The notes: generated by a model not told the origin, from the sequence alone. 64,000 nucleotides of DNA from an uncultured Chloroflexia bacterium (GCA_963813335.1 CAWEYL010000001.1:1024001-1088000); one strand, 5' to 3'. Positions 7,699-19,352 are shown, counted from the first letter of the stretch. Numbers and translations are program-made.

Positions 7699-10419
7699 CT
7701 AGCGGCCGAGGCGCTCGCGCAGCCGGGCGACCTGCTCCGCCAGCTCCGCCTCGCGGGCGCGCGCACCCTCGATCACGGCGGGCGGCGCCTTGGCCATGAA
7801 CGCCTCGTTGGCGAGCCGGGCCCGCGCCGCGTCCAGCCAGCCCTCCGCGTCGGCGAGCTCGCGCTCGAGGCGCTCGCGATCCAGGGCCGCGGCGGCCGCA
7901 TCGGTCGTCGCCGGTCGGACCGACGCCTCCACCTCCCCGCCGGCGACGACCACCGCCAGGTCGTCCGGCGCGGACGACGCGCGCAGCGCCTCGGCCGTCA
8001 GCTCGCGATGGAGCGGGCGGACCCGGGCCAGGCGCTCGACGGCGGGCCGCAGCGCCTCGAAGGTCCCGCCCAGCGCCAGCGGCACGTGGACGCGGGCCTC
8101 GAGCATCGCGCCGGCGGGCACGTTGGCGGTCGCCCGCGCGTTGCGGATCTCGGTGATGAGCGCCACGATCGTCCCCACCTCCGCCTCCGCCTCGGGATCG
8201 CGCTCGAGCGCCGCTGGCCAGCGGGCGACGATCAGCAGGTCCGGGTCGGACGCGCGGTGCGGCAGCGCGGCCCACAGCGCCTCGGTCACGAACGGCATGA
8301 CCGGGTGGAGCAGGCGCAGGTACGTGTCGAGCACCTCGACCAGCGTCCACCAGGTCGCCTCGCGGACCGCCGGGTCCAGCGACTCGTCGGCGAGGCGGAC
8401 CTTGGCGAGCTCGAGCCCCCAGTCGCAGTACTCGTTCCAGATGGCGTCGTAGAGGATCCGGGTCATCTCGCCGAAGCCGTAGTCCGCCACGGCCGCGTCG
8501 ACCGCGGTCGTGGTCGCCGCCGCCCGCGACAGCAGCCAGCGCTCGGCCGGTCCGAGGTGGCGGGCGTCGGGCAGCCGCCGCTCCGCGCCCTCGGGGATCG
8601 ACGCCGGCCGGGCGCCGACCACGAAGCGCGCCGCGTTCCACAGCTTGTTGGCGAAATTGCGGGCGTTGTCGAGCTTGGCCGGGCTCATCCGCTGGTCCTG
8701 CCCGGGGGCGGCGCCGTGGATGACGGCGAAGCGGAGCGCGTCCGCGCCGGCGGTGTCGATGACGCTCAGCGGGTCGACGACGTTGCCCTTCGTCTTCGAC
8801 ATCTTCTGGCCCTCGGGGTCGCGGATGAGCCCCGAGAGATAGACCGTGTGGAAGGGCTCCTGGTCGGTGAGATGGAGGCCCAGCATCATCATCCTGGCGA
8901 CCCAGAAGAAGATGATGTCGTAGCCCGTCTCCATCACCGACGTCGGGTAGAAGCGCCGGTAGTCGGGCGTGTCGTCCGGCCAGCCGAGGGTCGAGAACGG
9001 CCACAGCCCGGAGCTGAACCACGTGTCGAAGATGTCCGGGTCCTGGGTGAGCTCGGCGGCCGGCCGGCCGCAGATCTGGCACGCGTCCGGGCCGCCCTCG
9101 AGCGACGAGACCGTGACGTGCCCGTCCGGGCAGTACCACGCCGGGATGCGGTGGCCCCACCACAGCTGGCGGCTGACGTTCCAGTCGCGGATCGTGGTCA
9201 GCCAGTGCTCCCAGGTCTTCTCGAAGCGGGCCGGCAGGATGCGCGTCCGGCCGGAACGGGTCGCGTCGAGCGCCCGGGCGGCGAGCGGTCCGGTCCGGAT
9301 GAACCACTGGGTCTTCAGGCGCGGCTCGACGATGTCCGAGCTGCGCTGGCAGCGGCCGACGACCATCTCGTGGGGGGCGCTCGCCAGCAGGTCGCCCAGC
9401 GCCTCGAGGTCGGCGACGATCCGCCGCCGGGCGTCGAACCGGTCGAGGCCGTCGTACGGCGTCCCCGTCCCGGCGATCGTCGCGTCGTCGGCGAGGATCG
9501 TGATCGCCGGCAGGCCGTGGCGGAGGCCGGTGGCATGGTCGTCGTGGTCGTGCGCCGGCGTGATCTTGACCGCGCCGGTGCCGAATGCCGGGTCGACCAT
9601 CTCGTCGGCGATGACCGGCACGTCGCGCTCGACGAACGGGATGCGCACGCGCCGCCCGACGAGCGCGGCGTAGCGCGGATCGTCGGGCCGGACCGCTACG
9701 GCGGTATCGCCCAGCAGCGTCTCGGGCCGGGTCGTGGCGATCGAGATCGTCCCGGCCGGCTCGGGCGCCCCGGTCGCCTCGTCGATGAGGTGGTAGCGGA
9801 TCGTCCAGAGCGAGCCGGTCTCCGGCGTGGCCACCACCTCCAGGTCGCTGACCGAGGTGCGGCAGCCGGGGCACCAGTTGACCAGCGCCTCGGTCCGGTA
9901 CGCGAGGTCGTCGCGGTAGAGCCGCTCGAAGGCGACGCGGACGGCCCTGGCCGAGCCCTCGTCCATCGTGTAGCGCAGGCGGCCCCAGTCGAACGAGCCG
10001 CCGAGGCGGCGCTGCTGCCCCAGCATCACCGGCTTCGTCGAATCGGAGAACGCGCGGATCCGCTCGAGGTAGCGCTCGCGGCCCAGCGAGCGGCGGTCCT
10101 CCCCTTCCCTGGCGAGGATGCCGTCCATCACGAACTGGGCGGCGATGCTGGCGTGGTCCAGGCCGGGCAGCAGGAGGGCCGCGTGGCCGCGCATCCGGGC
10201 GTGGCGGGTCATCAGGTCCTCGACCGTCGTGCGCTGCGCGTGGCCGATGTGGAGCGAGCCGGTCACGTTCGGCGGTGGCTGGATGATCGTGAACGTCGGC
10301 AGCGCCGGATCCGCGGTCGAGCCGCGCCCGTCGGGCGCGAAGACATCCGCCGCCAGCCAGCGCTCGTAGATCGCGCCTTCGACCGCGGAGGGGTCGTAGG
10401 TCTTCGACAGCTCGGTCAT
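7699..10419 (-). CDS. valS: Valine--tRNA ligase
   Basis: PPPNVTGSLHIGH, DWNVSRQLWWGH, DTWFSS and KMSKT motifs; C-terminal coiled coil. Confidence 0.98.
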   Translation of the reverse strand: MTELSKTYDPSAVEGAIYERWLAADVFAPDGRGSTADPALPTFTIIQPPPNVTGSLHIGHAQRTTVEDLMTRHARMRGHAALLLPGLDHASIAAQFVMDGILAREGEDRRSLGRERYLERIRAFSDSTKPVMLGQQRRLGGSFDWGRLRYTMDEGSARAVRVAFERLYRDDLAYRTEALVNWCPGCRTSVSDLEVVATPETGSLWTIRYHLIDEATGAPEPAGTISIATTRPETLLGDTAVAVRPDDPRYAALVGRRVRIPFVERDVPVIADEMVDPAFGTGAVKITPAHDHDDHATGLRHGLPAITILADDATIAGTGTPYDGLDRFDARRRIVADLEALGDLLASAPHEMVVGRCQRSSDIVEPRLKTQWFIRTGPLAARALDATRSGRTRILPARFEKTWEHWLTTIRDWNVSRQLWWGHRIPAWYCPDGHVTVSSLEGGPDACQICGRPAAELTQDPDIFDTWFSSGLWPFSTLGWPDDTPDYRRFYPTSVMETGYDIIFFWVARMMMLGLHLTDQEPFHTVYLSGLIRDPEGQKMSKTKGNVVDPLSVIDTAGADALRFAVIHGAAPGQDQRMSPAKLDNARNFANKLWNAARFVVGARPASIPEGAERRLPDARHLGPAERWLLSRAAATTTAVDAAVADYGFGEMTRILYDAIWNEYCDWGLELAKVRLADESLDPAVREATWWTLVEVLDTYLRLLHPVMPFVTEALWAALPHRASDPDLLIVARWPAALERDPEAEAEVGTIVALITEIRNARATANVPAGAMLEARVHVPLALGGTFEALRPAVERLARVRPLHRELTAEALRASSAPDDLAVVVAGGEVEASVRPATTDAAAAALDRERLERELADAEGWLDAARARLANEAFMAKAPPAVIEGARAREAELAEQVARLRERLGR

Positions 10420-10429
10420 CGTTCGGCCT

Positions 10430-10670
10430 CAGGAAACGAGAAGCCCGCTCGTCCAGCGGACGAACGGGTCGTGGTACCACCTGCTGGTTCGGCGTCGGCG
10501 GCGGGTCGCTCATCGCGACCGCCGGGTTCCGGCACCCTCACGACGCGCTATCGGGCGTCGACCGCCACGGCTCGCGAGCGACCTTCGCACCGGTGGCGTT
10601 CGCGCGGCTCGCACCATCCCGCGCTCGCTCCGGACGCCGGTCCGGGCTACTCCTCTCGGTCGTCGCCGTG
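10430..10670 (-). ncRNA. T-box riboswitch (Val specifier) upstream of valS
   Basis: On the minus strand: T-box AGCAGGTGGTACCACG (about 10470-10485), AGCGAG and GGTGCGA stem I motifs, specifier GAAG-GTC (Val, 10580-10582), hairpin CCCGTTCGTCC-GCT-GGACGAGCGGG followed by a pyrimidine run, and -10 TACACT at 10679-10684. Confidence 0.88.
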
Positions 10671-10817
10671 AGGGCGGGAGTGTAGCACGGGCCCCGGGCC
10701 CGATCGTGCGGGGCTCATCGGTCGGATGACCGATGCGACGGCGCCTCCACCGTGCGCACAATCACGCCAGACGACGGCCACCGACGGCCGCCGGGACCGC
10801 GATGGGAGAAACGAACG

Positions 10818-11069
10818 ATGGCCAGGTTCATGGACGTCCACGACGGGTTCTTCGGGGTGAGCGCGCAGCAGCTCGCCGAGGCCCATCAGCGCGACCTCGA
10901 TGTCGAGGACCAGGAGGGCGTGCACTACGAGCATGCCTGGCTCGACCCCGAATCCGGCAAGGTCTTCTGCCTGGCGACCGGGCCGTCGAAGGAGGCGGTC
11001 ATGCGCGTCCACGAGCGCGCGGGCCATCCGACCCCGCAGGTCTACGAGGTCCCGATCGAAGTCTCCTAG
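10818..11069 (+). CDS. DUF4242/SCO4226-family small (nickel-binding) protein
   Basis: MARFMDVH...AHQRDL...W.D...GKVFCL..GPSKEAV..VH..AGHP pattern; GGGAGA RBS. Confidence 0.88.
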   Translation: MARFMDVHDGFFGVSAQQLAEAHQRDLDVEDQEGVHYEHAWLDPESGKVFCLATGPSKEAVMRVHERAGHPTPQVYEVPIEVS

Positions 11070-11127
11070 CGGCAGGCTCCCGGCGGTCGGGCGGGCGCGA
11101 GCTCGTCCGGCCGCGCCACGGGAGCGG

Positions 11128-12438
<1,311 letters not shown>

Positions 12439-12454
12439 GTGCCCTGTACCGCCC

Positions 12455-13144
12455 TTATTCCTTCGACTTCTTCGGTTGCGGCTCGTCCACTGTCGTGGCG
12501 TCCGTGACCTTCGATCCTTCACCGCCGGCGAGCCCGGCGTCGTGGGCCTGCGCGATCAGGGAGCTGCTCTCCGCCGCGTAGACCGCATCGATGATGCCAT
12601 AGTCCTTGGCCTCACCGGGAGCCATGAAGTAGTCCCGGTCGGTGTCCTTGATCACCTTTTCGAGCGGCTGGCCCGTGTGGCGGGCCAGGATCTCGTGGTT
12701 CGCGTGCACCAGGTGCTCCCATTCCTTCATCTGGATCACGGCGTCCGGGGCGTTGCCGCGGAAGCCGCCGGAGCCCTGGTGGATCATGATCCGGCTGTTC
12801 GGGAGCGCATAGCGCTTGCCCGGGGCGCCGGCCGCGAGCAGGACCGCCGCCATCGACGCCGCCAGCCCGATGCAGATGGTGCTGACCGGGGCCCGCAGGT
12901 ACTGCATGGTGTCGTAGATCGCGAGACCGGACGTCACCTGGCCACCGGGCGAGTTGATGTACAGGCTGATGTCCTTCTCCGGGTCCTCCGACTCGAGGAA
13001 GAGCAGCTGCGCGATCACCAGGTTGGCGAGGTGATCCTCGATCGCGTCGCCCAGGAAGATGATCCGCTCGCGCAGCAGGCGCGAGTAGATGTCGTAGGCG
13101 CGTTCGCCTCGGCTGGACGATTCGATGACCATCGGGACGAGCAT
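12455..13144 (-). CDS. clpP: ATP-dependent Clp protease proteolytic subunit
   Basis: [27 protein letters not shown] (Ser), IMIHQ (His), DRD (Asp). Confidence 0.98.
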   Translation of the reverse strand: MLVPMVIESSSRGERAYDIYSRLLRERIIFLGDAIEDHLANLVIAQLLFLESEDPEKDISLYINSPGGQVTSGLAIYDTMQYLRAPVSTICIGLAASMAAVLLAAGAPGKRYALPNSRIMIHQGSGGFRGNAPDAVIQMKEWEHLVHANHEILARHTGQPLEKVIKDTDRDYFMAPGEAKDYGIIDAVYAAESSSLIAQAHDAGLAGGEGSKVTDATTVDEPQPKKSKE

Positions 13145-13195
13145 CTGGGCCTCTCCGTTGCCTTGGGTCGGGGACTGGACGGTGATGGTGGGCGG

Positions 13196-14620
13196 TCAGC
13201 CGGCGGGCGCCGGCTCGTCGGTCAGGATGGATCCGGGATCGGTCGCGCCGATCGAGGCGACCGCCTCGGCCTGGGCGCCCTCGGTCGCCGACGATGCCTG
13301 GTCCTCGAGGTGCGGGAGCGGCGGGTGCTCCGGATGGGCGGCCAGCCAGCCGTCGATCAGCCCTTCGACGACGCGGCTGCGCCGCATGGTGCTGCGGATG
13401 TAGCTCCGGCCGCGCTCGGAGTCGAAGTAGTCGACCAGCTTGGGGTCGCTCGCGTAGCGGAGCCGGCCGCGCTGCACCTCGGCCTCGATGTCGGCCTCGG
13501 GGACCTCGACATCCTCGGCCTCGGCGACCTGCGAGAGCACCAGCAGGGTCTTGACGCGCTTCTCCGAGGCGGGCCGGAAGTCCGCGTGGAGGTCGGCGTC
13601 GGTCTTGTCCATGACCTTGAGATACGCCTCCTCGGTGATGCCCTGCCGGGCGATCGAGGCGCGGAACTCGTCGTGCATGACCTCGACCTCCTGGTCGACG
13701 AGCACGTCGGGCAGCTCGAGGGTCGCGTTGGCGACCGCGTATTCGATGATCTTGTCGGCGAACTCGTGGCGCGCCCGGTCGAGCGCGTTCCCCTCGAGCC
13801 GCGTCTGGATGTCGGCCCGCAGCGCGGCGAGGTCCGCGAAGTCGCCCATCTGGTGGACGAACTCGTCGTCGAGCTCCGGCAGGATCTTCTCGCGCAGCTC
13901 CTTGAGCTCGACCGCGAAGTGGACGGTCGCACCGGCCAGCTCCGGCTCGCCGTAGTCCTCGGGGAAGGTGATGTCGAACTCGGTGGAGCCACCCGGCTCC
14001 AGCCCGACGAGGTGGGTCTCGAAGCCCGGGATCAGGCGTTCCTGCCCGAGGATCAGCGGCATGCGCTCCGAGGTGCCGCCCTCGAACGGGGTGCCGTCGC
14101 GGGTGCCGACGAACCCGATGACGGCGTAGTCGCCGTCCTTGGCGCCGCGCTCCTCGACGGCCGCCAGGGTCGCGTTCTGGTCGCGCAGCTCGTCGATGAC
14201 CTGGCTGACGCGGGCGTCGTCGATGGTCTCGATCTCCGGCCCGAAGTTGAAGTTCCGGTAGTCGCCGAGGTGGACCTCCGGGCGGACCTGGACCGTGGCC
14301 TTGAAGACGAGCGGCTTGCCCTCCTCGGCCTGCACGACCTCGACGTCGGCGTTGGTCAGCGGGAGGATCTCCTTCTCGACCAGCGCCTCGCGGTAGGCGT
14401 CCTGGACGAGGTGCTCGACCGCGTCGTCGAGGACGGCGCCCGGCCCGAGCGCGCGCTCGAGGACCTGCCGGGGGGCCTTGCCCGGGCGGAAGCCGGGGAC
14501 ACGGGTCCGGCGCGAGAGGTGCTGCACGGCATGCTGGATCGCCTTGTCCAGGCGCTCCGGGGGCAGCTCGATCTCGAGCTCGATGGTCGACTTGGGGGCG
14601 GGCGTGGTCGTGATCTGCAT
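13196..14620 (-). CDS. tig: Trigger factor
   Basis: VPGFRPGKAP signature, FKBP domain (LIPGFE), tig-clpP-clpX synteny. Confidence 0.97.
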   Translation of the reverse strand: MQITTTPAPKSTIELEIELPPERLDKAIQHAVQHLSRRTRVPGFRPGKAPRQVLERALGPGAVLDDAVEHLVQDAYREALVEKEILPLTNADVEVVQAEEGKPLVFKATVQVRPEVHLGDYRNFNFGPEIETIDDARVSQVIDELRDQNATLAAVEERGAKDGDYAVIGFVGTRDGTPFEGGTSERMPLILGQERLIPGFETHLVGLEPGGSTEFDITFPEDYGEPELAGATVHFAVELKELREKILPELDDEFVHQMGDFADLAALRADIQTRLEGNALDRARHEFADKIIEYAVANATLELPDVLVDQEVEVMHDEFRASIARQGITEEAYLKVMDKTDADLHADFRPASEKRVKTLLVLSQVAEAEDVEVPEADIEAEVQRGRLRYASDPKLVDYFDSERGRSYIRSTMRRSRVVEGLIDGWLAAHPEHPPLPHLEDQASSATEGAQAEAVASIGATDPGSILTDEPAPAG

Positions 14621-14682
14621 CGCGGGGAAGTATAGGCGGCGATGCCGGTCAGGGCCGGAAGGCGCGGTCAGCGGCGGACCGG

Positions 14683-14770
14683 TGGTAGGCGAGAGAGGGG
14701 TCGAACCTCCACGCCGCTTACGCGGCACCGGCTCCTAAGGCCGGCGCGTCTGCCATTCCGCCACTCGCCC
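14683..14770 (-). tRNA. tRNA-Leu (anticodon TAG)
   Basis: GGGCGAGTGGCGGAATGGCAGACGCGCCGGCCTTAGGAGCCGG...GGTTCGACCC...CTCGCCTACCA; long variable arm and encoded CCA. Confidence 0.96.
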
Positions 14771-14788
14771 GGGCGGAGTGTACCGCCC

Positions 14789-15373
14789 TCAGGCGCCCGC
14801 GCTCGTCGCCTCGTCGTCCGCCGCCTTGGCCTTCGCCGATGCGTCGCGCGCCTTGGCGATCTCCTGCTCGGCCCGCTCGCGGATCTCGGCCATCCGTTCG
14901 GCCATGGTCCCGGCGTCCGGCCGGAACAGCGCGTCCGCCGCGGTCTTCGCGGCCCGCGCGGCGAAGGGCGTCGCCATCGACAGCAGCACGGCCCGCCGCT
15001 GGCTCGCGTTCGCCTTGGCCGACTTCTGGGCGTAGGCCGCGAAGTCGCGCTCGAGGGCGCCGCGGACCTTGTCACCGTCCGACCCGAGCGCCCGGAGCGT
15101 CGCCTCGATCTCGTCGGGGAGCATGGACTTGGGCAGCGGCGCGGGCTTGCCCCGGATGGTCCGTTTGGCCGCCCCGAAGAGCCGCTGCGGCCCCTTGAGC
15201 GCGAGGAAGCCGACCCCGCCGGCGACGGCGGCGGCCTTGGCCGGGCTGCGCTTGATCTTGGCCGGGAAGTCCAGGGCGCTCCGGGTCGACGCCCCGAGGA
15301 TGTCGACCTGGGCGCCCAGGTCGGCCCGTGCGGCGATCACCCGATCCCGGGCGGCATCCGTTTCTGTAGCCAC
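14789..15373 (-). CDS. Hypothetical protein (DUF3618-like N-terminus)
   Basis: GTG start VATETDAARDRVIAARADLG; short hydrophobic stretch AAAVAGGVGFLAL; overlaps the upstream membrane gene. Confidence 0.7.
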   Translation of the reverse strand: MATETDAARDRVIAARADLGAQVDILGASTRSALDFPAKIKRSPAKAAAVAGGVGFLALKGPQRLFGAAKRTIRGKPAPLPKSMLPDEIEATLRALGSDGDKVRGALERDFAAYAQKSAKANASQRRAVLLSMATPFAARAAKTAADALFRPDAGTMAERMAEIRERAEQEIAKARDASAKAKAADDEATSAGA

Positions 15374-16278
15374 TCGAGGGTCTCCTTGCTGGTCTCGATG
15401 GTCTGGGTCGGGGTGAAGCGGGCCTTGAGCGCCTCGACGTCGATGCCGGTGCGCGCCAGGTCCATGCCCATGAACGCCATCCAGCCGATGTACCCGACGG
15501 CGATCCCGACACCGGCCGCGGGCTGCGGCCCGAAGGTGATCGCCGTGAACGCGCCGAGCGCGACGCCGACGAGCAGCCCACCGAACGCCGTCGCCGGGTA
15601 CGACGACTTCGCCCGCCAGGCGGCGACGATCCCGACGACGAGGCCGATCAGGCCGACGACGATGATGCCGACGACGAGCGGGCGGACACCCGGATCGACC
15701 CCCGGCAGGAGGCTGTCGCCGATGGTCTTGTAGGCCCAATTGGGCAGGTTCAGGAAGAGGATGGCGCCGACGAGGATCCCGATGGCCGCGCCGAGCGCCA
15801 GGGCGCGCACGATCCGACCTGCCGAGACGCCGACGGCGATGAAGATGCAGACCATCGCGACCGCGATGAACGCCAGGGACCCGTGGAGCACGCCCCAGCC
15901 CATCGAGCCGAGGACCCACTCCCCGAGGAACAGCGCCGAGCCGAGGATGACGATGCTGACCGCCGCGATGACCAGCGCCAGGGCGGCCGCGCCGAGCGCC
16001 GCGACCTGGGCGATCTGGCCGCCGATCGCGGTCGCCTCGGCCTTCGCCAGCTCGACGTGGGCCATGACCAGCCGGTAGGCCGCTTCGCGCGTGGCCCCGA
16101 TCTGGGCGCGGAACCCCGGCGGGGGCGGCGGCTTGGGCGGCTTGGGGGGCGGCGGCGCCTTCGGGGGTGGGGGCGGCGGCTCCTTCGGGGGTGGCGGCGG
16201 CGCCGGGGGCAGCGGCTCCTTCGGGGGCGGCGGCGGCTCCGGCTCGTCGGATGACGGTGGTGTGGTCGGCTCGTCCAG
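15337..16278 (-). CDS. Membrane protein, phage-holin-superfamily-like (YqjE/holin_3_6), Pro-rich N-terminus
   Basis: RLVMAHVELAKAE, several TM helices and C-terminal PTQTIETSKETLEW. Start uncertain: in-frame CTG at 16278 lies 7 nt after GGGAG. Confidence 0.7.
   Translation of the reverse strand: MDEPTTPPSSDEPEPPPPPKEPLPPAPPPPPKEPPPPPPKAPPPPKPPKPPPPPGFRAQIGATREAAYRLVMAHVELAKAEATAIGGQIAQVAALGAAALALVIAAVSIVILGSALFLGEWVLGSMGWGVLHGSLAFIAVAMVCIFIAVGVSAGRIVRALALGAAIGILVGAILFLNLPNWAYKTIGDSLLPGVDPGVRPLVVGIIVVGLIGLVVGIVAAWRAKSSYPATAFGGLLVGVALGAFTAITFGPQPAAGVGIAVGYIGWMAFMGMDLARTGIDVEALKARFTPTQTIETSKETLEWLQKRMPPGIG
16118..16240 (-). repeat. Coding tandem repeat (PPPPKEP)n
   Basis: Repeated ggcggcggctccttcggggg units encoding the poly-Pro/Lys/Glu linker. 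Confidence 0.75.
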
Positions 16279-16402
16279 GGTGCTGCTCCCGGGAGTGGGC
16301 GGCTGGCGCTGGGGATCGCTGGGGTCGGACCGATGATAGCAGCGGGCAGCCGGCGTCCGGACGTGCACGGTGGCCCGGTCGCCGCGGTACGCTCGGCCCG
16401 AA

Positions 16403-17687
16403 ATGCGCGACGCTGCCCACCCCTCCGCGTCCGGACCGCGCCTCCGCACCGCCGAGCTCCTGAGCGTCGGCTCGGAGCTGACGGTCGGCGAGACCCGGGA
16501 CACGAACGCCAGCGAGATCGCCCGGGCGCTGACGGCCCGCGGGGTCCGCGTCGAGCGGATCACGGCGTTGCCTGATCGACTCGACACGGTGACCGACGCG
16601 ATCCGCTCGGCGATGGCGCGGACCGACCTGGTCGTCACGACCGGCGGGCTCGGGCCGACCCCCGACGACCTGACGCGCGAGTCCATCGCCGCCGCGTTCG
16701 GCGAGACGCCGGTCGTGGACGCCGGCGATCGAGGCATGGCTGCGCGAGCTGTGGCGGCGGCGCGGGCAGCCGTTCCCGGAGCTCAACCTCAAGCAGGCCT
16801 GGCTGATCCCGTCCGCCGAGGCGCTGCCCAACCCCAACGGCACCGCCCCGGGCTGGTTCGCGCGGCGCGGCGAGGGACCGGTCGTCGTGGCGCTGCCCGG
16901 CCCGCCGCGCGAGATGCGGCCCATGCTCGCGGACGAGGTCCTTCCCCGCCTCGAGCGGATCGGGCTGGGCACCGACGTGGCCGTCCGGACCTACCGGCTC
17001 ACCGGCATCGGCGAGTCGCAGCTGGCGGACCGTCTCGGCGACGCGCTGCTGCGCCGACCCAACCCCGAGGTGGCCACCTACGCCCGGGCGGACGCGGTGG
17101 ACGTCCGCATCTCCGCTGTCGGCGACGAGACCGCGACTGCGGCAGCGCACGTGGAGGCAGCCGCGCGCGAGGTCCTCGAGGCCGCGGGCGAGTTCGTCTG
17201 GGCGACCGGGGACGTGTCGTGGCCCGCGGCCCTCGGGGAACGGCTCGGGGAGCTCGGCTGGAGCCTGTCGATCGTCGAGATCGGGTCGGCCGGCCAGCTC
17301 GCGGCGCTGCTCGGCGACGTCCCGTGGCTGCGCTTCAGCGAGGCCCTGGCACCCGAGACGCCCGGCGCCCTGGCGCACGGTCGCCCGAGTCCGGACGACC
17401 ACGAGGACGAGGCGGCCGATGCGGCCGGACCGAACGACCTCGAGCCGTACGCCCGCCGCGCGATGGCGCTCGGCGGCAGCGAGGTGGGCCTGGCCATGCG
17501 GGTGACGCCGCGGCGCGGCGACACCGCGGTCTCGGTCACGGTCGTGACCCCGGGCGGGACCCGTCGACGGCGCCGGCTGGTCTTCCTCGACGGCGCGAAC
17601 GGGCGCAGCCGCGCGGCCCTGGCGGGCGCCGCCATCCTGCTCGAGGTGCTGCGGGCGCCCGAGGCGGGCGACCAGCCGGGCGCCTAG
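16403..17687 (+). CDS. cinA: CinA-like competence/damage-inducible protein (one frameshift near 16721-16728, probably a sequencing error)
   Basis: AELLSVGSEL..G...DTN and TGGLGPTPDDLTRE, continuing after a one-base shift as AIEAWLRELW...NLKQA...NPNGTAPG, LPGPPREM and GIGES. Confidence 0.85.
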
Positions 17688-18382
17688 CGGCGCGAGGCCC
17701 GGGCCAGACCCTCGAGGTCGGTCACCACGATCGCGTCGCGCTCCAGGCGGAGATAGCCGTCATCCGTGAACTGGCGCAGCAGCTTGTTGACGCTCTGGCG
17801 GGTGCTCCCGACCATCGAGGCGAGATCGCCCTGGGTGAGCGATGTCTTCAGCTGGACGGCGCCGTCCGGCAGCGGGGTGCCGCCGTCCGTCGCCAGCCGC
17901 GCCAGGCACGCCGCCAGCCGCCCGGTGATGTCGAGGAAGTGCAGCTCCTCGACATGGGTCGTCAGCCGCCGGAGCTCCGCGGCCAGCGACGCCAGCAGTG
18001 CATCGCGGACGATGGGCTCGTTGGCGATGAGCTCGCGGAACCGATCGCGCGGCAGGACGACGGTCTCCACCGCCGTCAGGGCCGTGACCGTCGCCGAGCG
18101 GGGGGCGCCGTCGAGGAGGGCCAGCTCCCCGAAGACATCGCCGCGGGCCAGCCGGACGAGGATGGCCTCGTCGCCGCCCTCGGACGGGAGCGAGATCTTG
18201 ACCTCGCCGCTGACGATGATGAACAGGGCGTCGCCCGGGTCCCCGACATGGAAGATGACCTCGCCCCGCCGAAAACGACGGGCGCGCGTGCCCGCGGCGA
18301 CCCGCGCGAGCGCGTCGGGGTCGAGGCCGGCGAAGAACGGGATCGTCGACAGCGAGTCGACGATGGGCGGCGGGCGGAGCAT
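17684..18382 (-). CDS. Crp/Fnr family transcriptional regulator
   Basis: cNMP-binding FGELALLDGAPRSAT; HTH LTQGDLASMVGSTRQSVNK. Confidence 0.95.
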   Translation of the reverse strand: MLRPPPIVDSLSTIPFFAGLDPDALARVAAGTRARRFRRGEVIFHVGDPGDALFIIVSGEVKISLPSEGGDEAILVRLARGDVFGELALLDGAPRSATVTALTAVETVVLPRDRFRELIANEPIVRDALLASLAAELRRLTTHVEELHFLDITGRLAACLARLATDGGTPLPDGAVQLKTSLTQGDLASMVGSTRQSVNKLLRQFTDDGYLRLERDAIVVTDLEGLARASRR

Positions 18383-18482
18383 CGCACCCATCCTAGCAAG
18401 CGGGCTCCTGTCCGCCCGCCGACACGGCATCGGTCGCGCGGCCGTCGCGCGGGCGCCTCGAGACGCCCGTAGGATGGCCCCG

Positions 18483-19352
18483 ATGAGCCCGAACCAGACC
18501 GGCGGCTTCCGCCTCACCGTGCTCGGCTGCAGCTCGGCCCCGCCCCACGAGGCGTGGCCCGCGGCCGGATTCCTGCTGGAGTGGGACACCACGACCGTGC
18601 TGCTGGACGTCGGCCAGGGCGTCGTCCGCCGCCTCCAGCGCCTGATGGACCCGACCCATCTGTCGGCCGTCGTGGTCGGGCACATGCACGCCGACCACTA
18701 CCTGGACCTCGTCGGCCTGCGCTACCTGTTCCCGTGGGGCGAGGCCGCCCTGGAGCCGCTGGCCCTCCACCTGCCGCCGGGCGGACGCGACCGGCTCGAC
18801 GCGCTCGCGACCGCGGTCTCCGAGCGGCCCGGGTTCTTCGACGCCGCGTTCGACGCCCGCGAGTACCGGCCCGACGAGCCGCTGCGCATCGGCCCGTTCA
18901 CGATCCGCTTCGTCCGCGGTCGCCACTACGTGCCGGCCTGGGGGGTGATCGTGGAGACGCCCGACGGGCGCCGCCTGGGGTATACCGGCGACACCGGGCC
19001 CAGCGATGCCGTGGTCGAGGCGATGCGCGGCGTGGACCTGCTCATGATCGAGGCCGGGCTGCGCCTGCCCAGCCACGACGACCCCGAGCGCGGCCATCTC
19101 ACCGCCGAGGAGGCGATCGACATGGCCGTCCGGAGCGAGGCGCGCTCGACCCTGCTCGTCCACTACGCCCCGGGTCGCCGTGCCGAGCTGCAGGGGCTGT
19201 GCGATGCGGTCGGACCGCAGATCCGGCCAGCCGTCGCGGGGCTGACGATCACGATCGGCACGGCCGGCGGCGATGGCACCGGCGCGTCGCTGCCGGCAGG
19301 TGCCTACGACCCGCGGGCCGCCTCGAGCGCGGCGTCGGCCCGCGACCGGTAG
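18483..19352 (+). CDS. MBL-fold hydrolase, CpdA/Rv1339/YhfI-like (putative cyclic-nucleotide phosphodiesterase)
   Basis: RLTVLGCS..P......GFLL, LLDVGQG, HMHADH, YTGDTG, HLT..EA and LVH motifs. Confidence 0.85.
   Translation: MSPNQTGGFRLTVLGCSSAPPHEAWPAAGFLLEWDTTTVLLDVGQGVVRRLQRLMDPTHLSAVVVGHMHADHYLDLVGLRYLFPWGEAALEPLALHLPPGGRDRLDALATAVSERPGFFDAAFDAREYRPDEPLRIGPFTIRFVRGRHYVPAWGVIVETPDGRRLGYTGDTGPSDAVVEAMRGVDLLMIEAGLRLPSHDDPERGHLTAEEAIDMAVRSEARSTLLVHYAPGRRAELQGLCDAVGPQIRPAVAGLTITIGTAGGDGTGASLPAGAYDPRAASSAASARDR

Noticed and set aside
7580-10671. 977 aa and 887 aa ORFs overlapping valS, and similar long Arg/Pro-rich ORFs elsewhere
   Set aside because: Alternate-frame or antisense shadows of clear genes in stop-poor GC-rich DNA.
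14683-16278. tRNA next to a 'phage holin' gene as a prophage or island
   Set aside because: No integrase, att duplication or phage genes; this holin-like family is a common chromosomal membrane protein.
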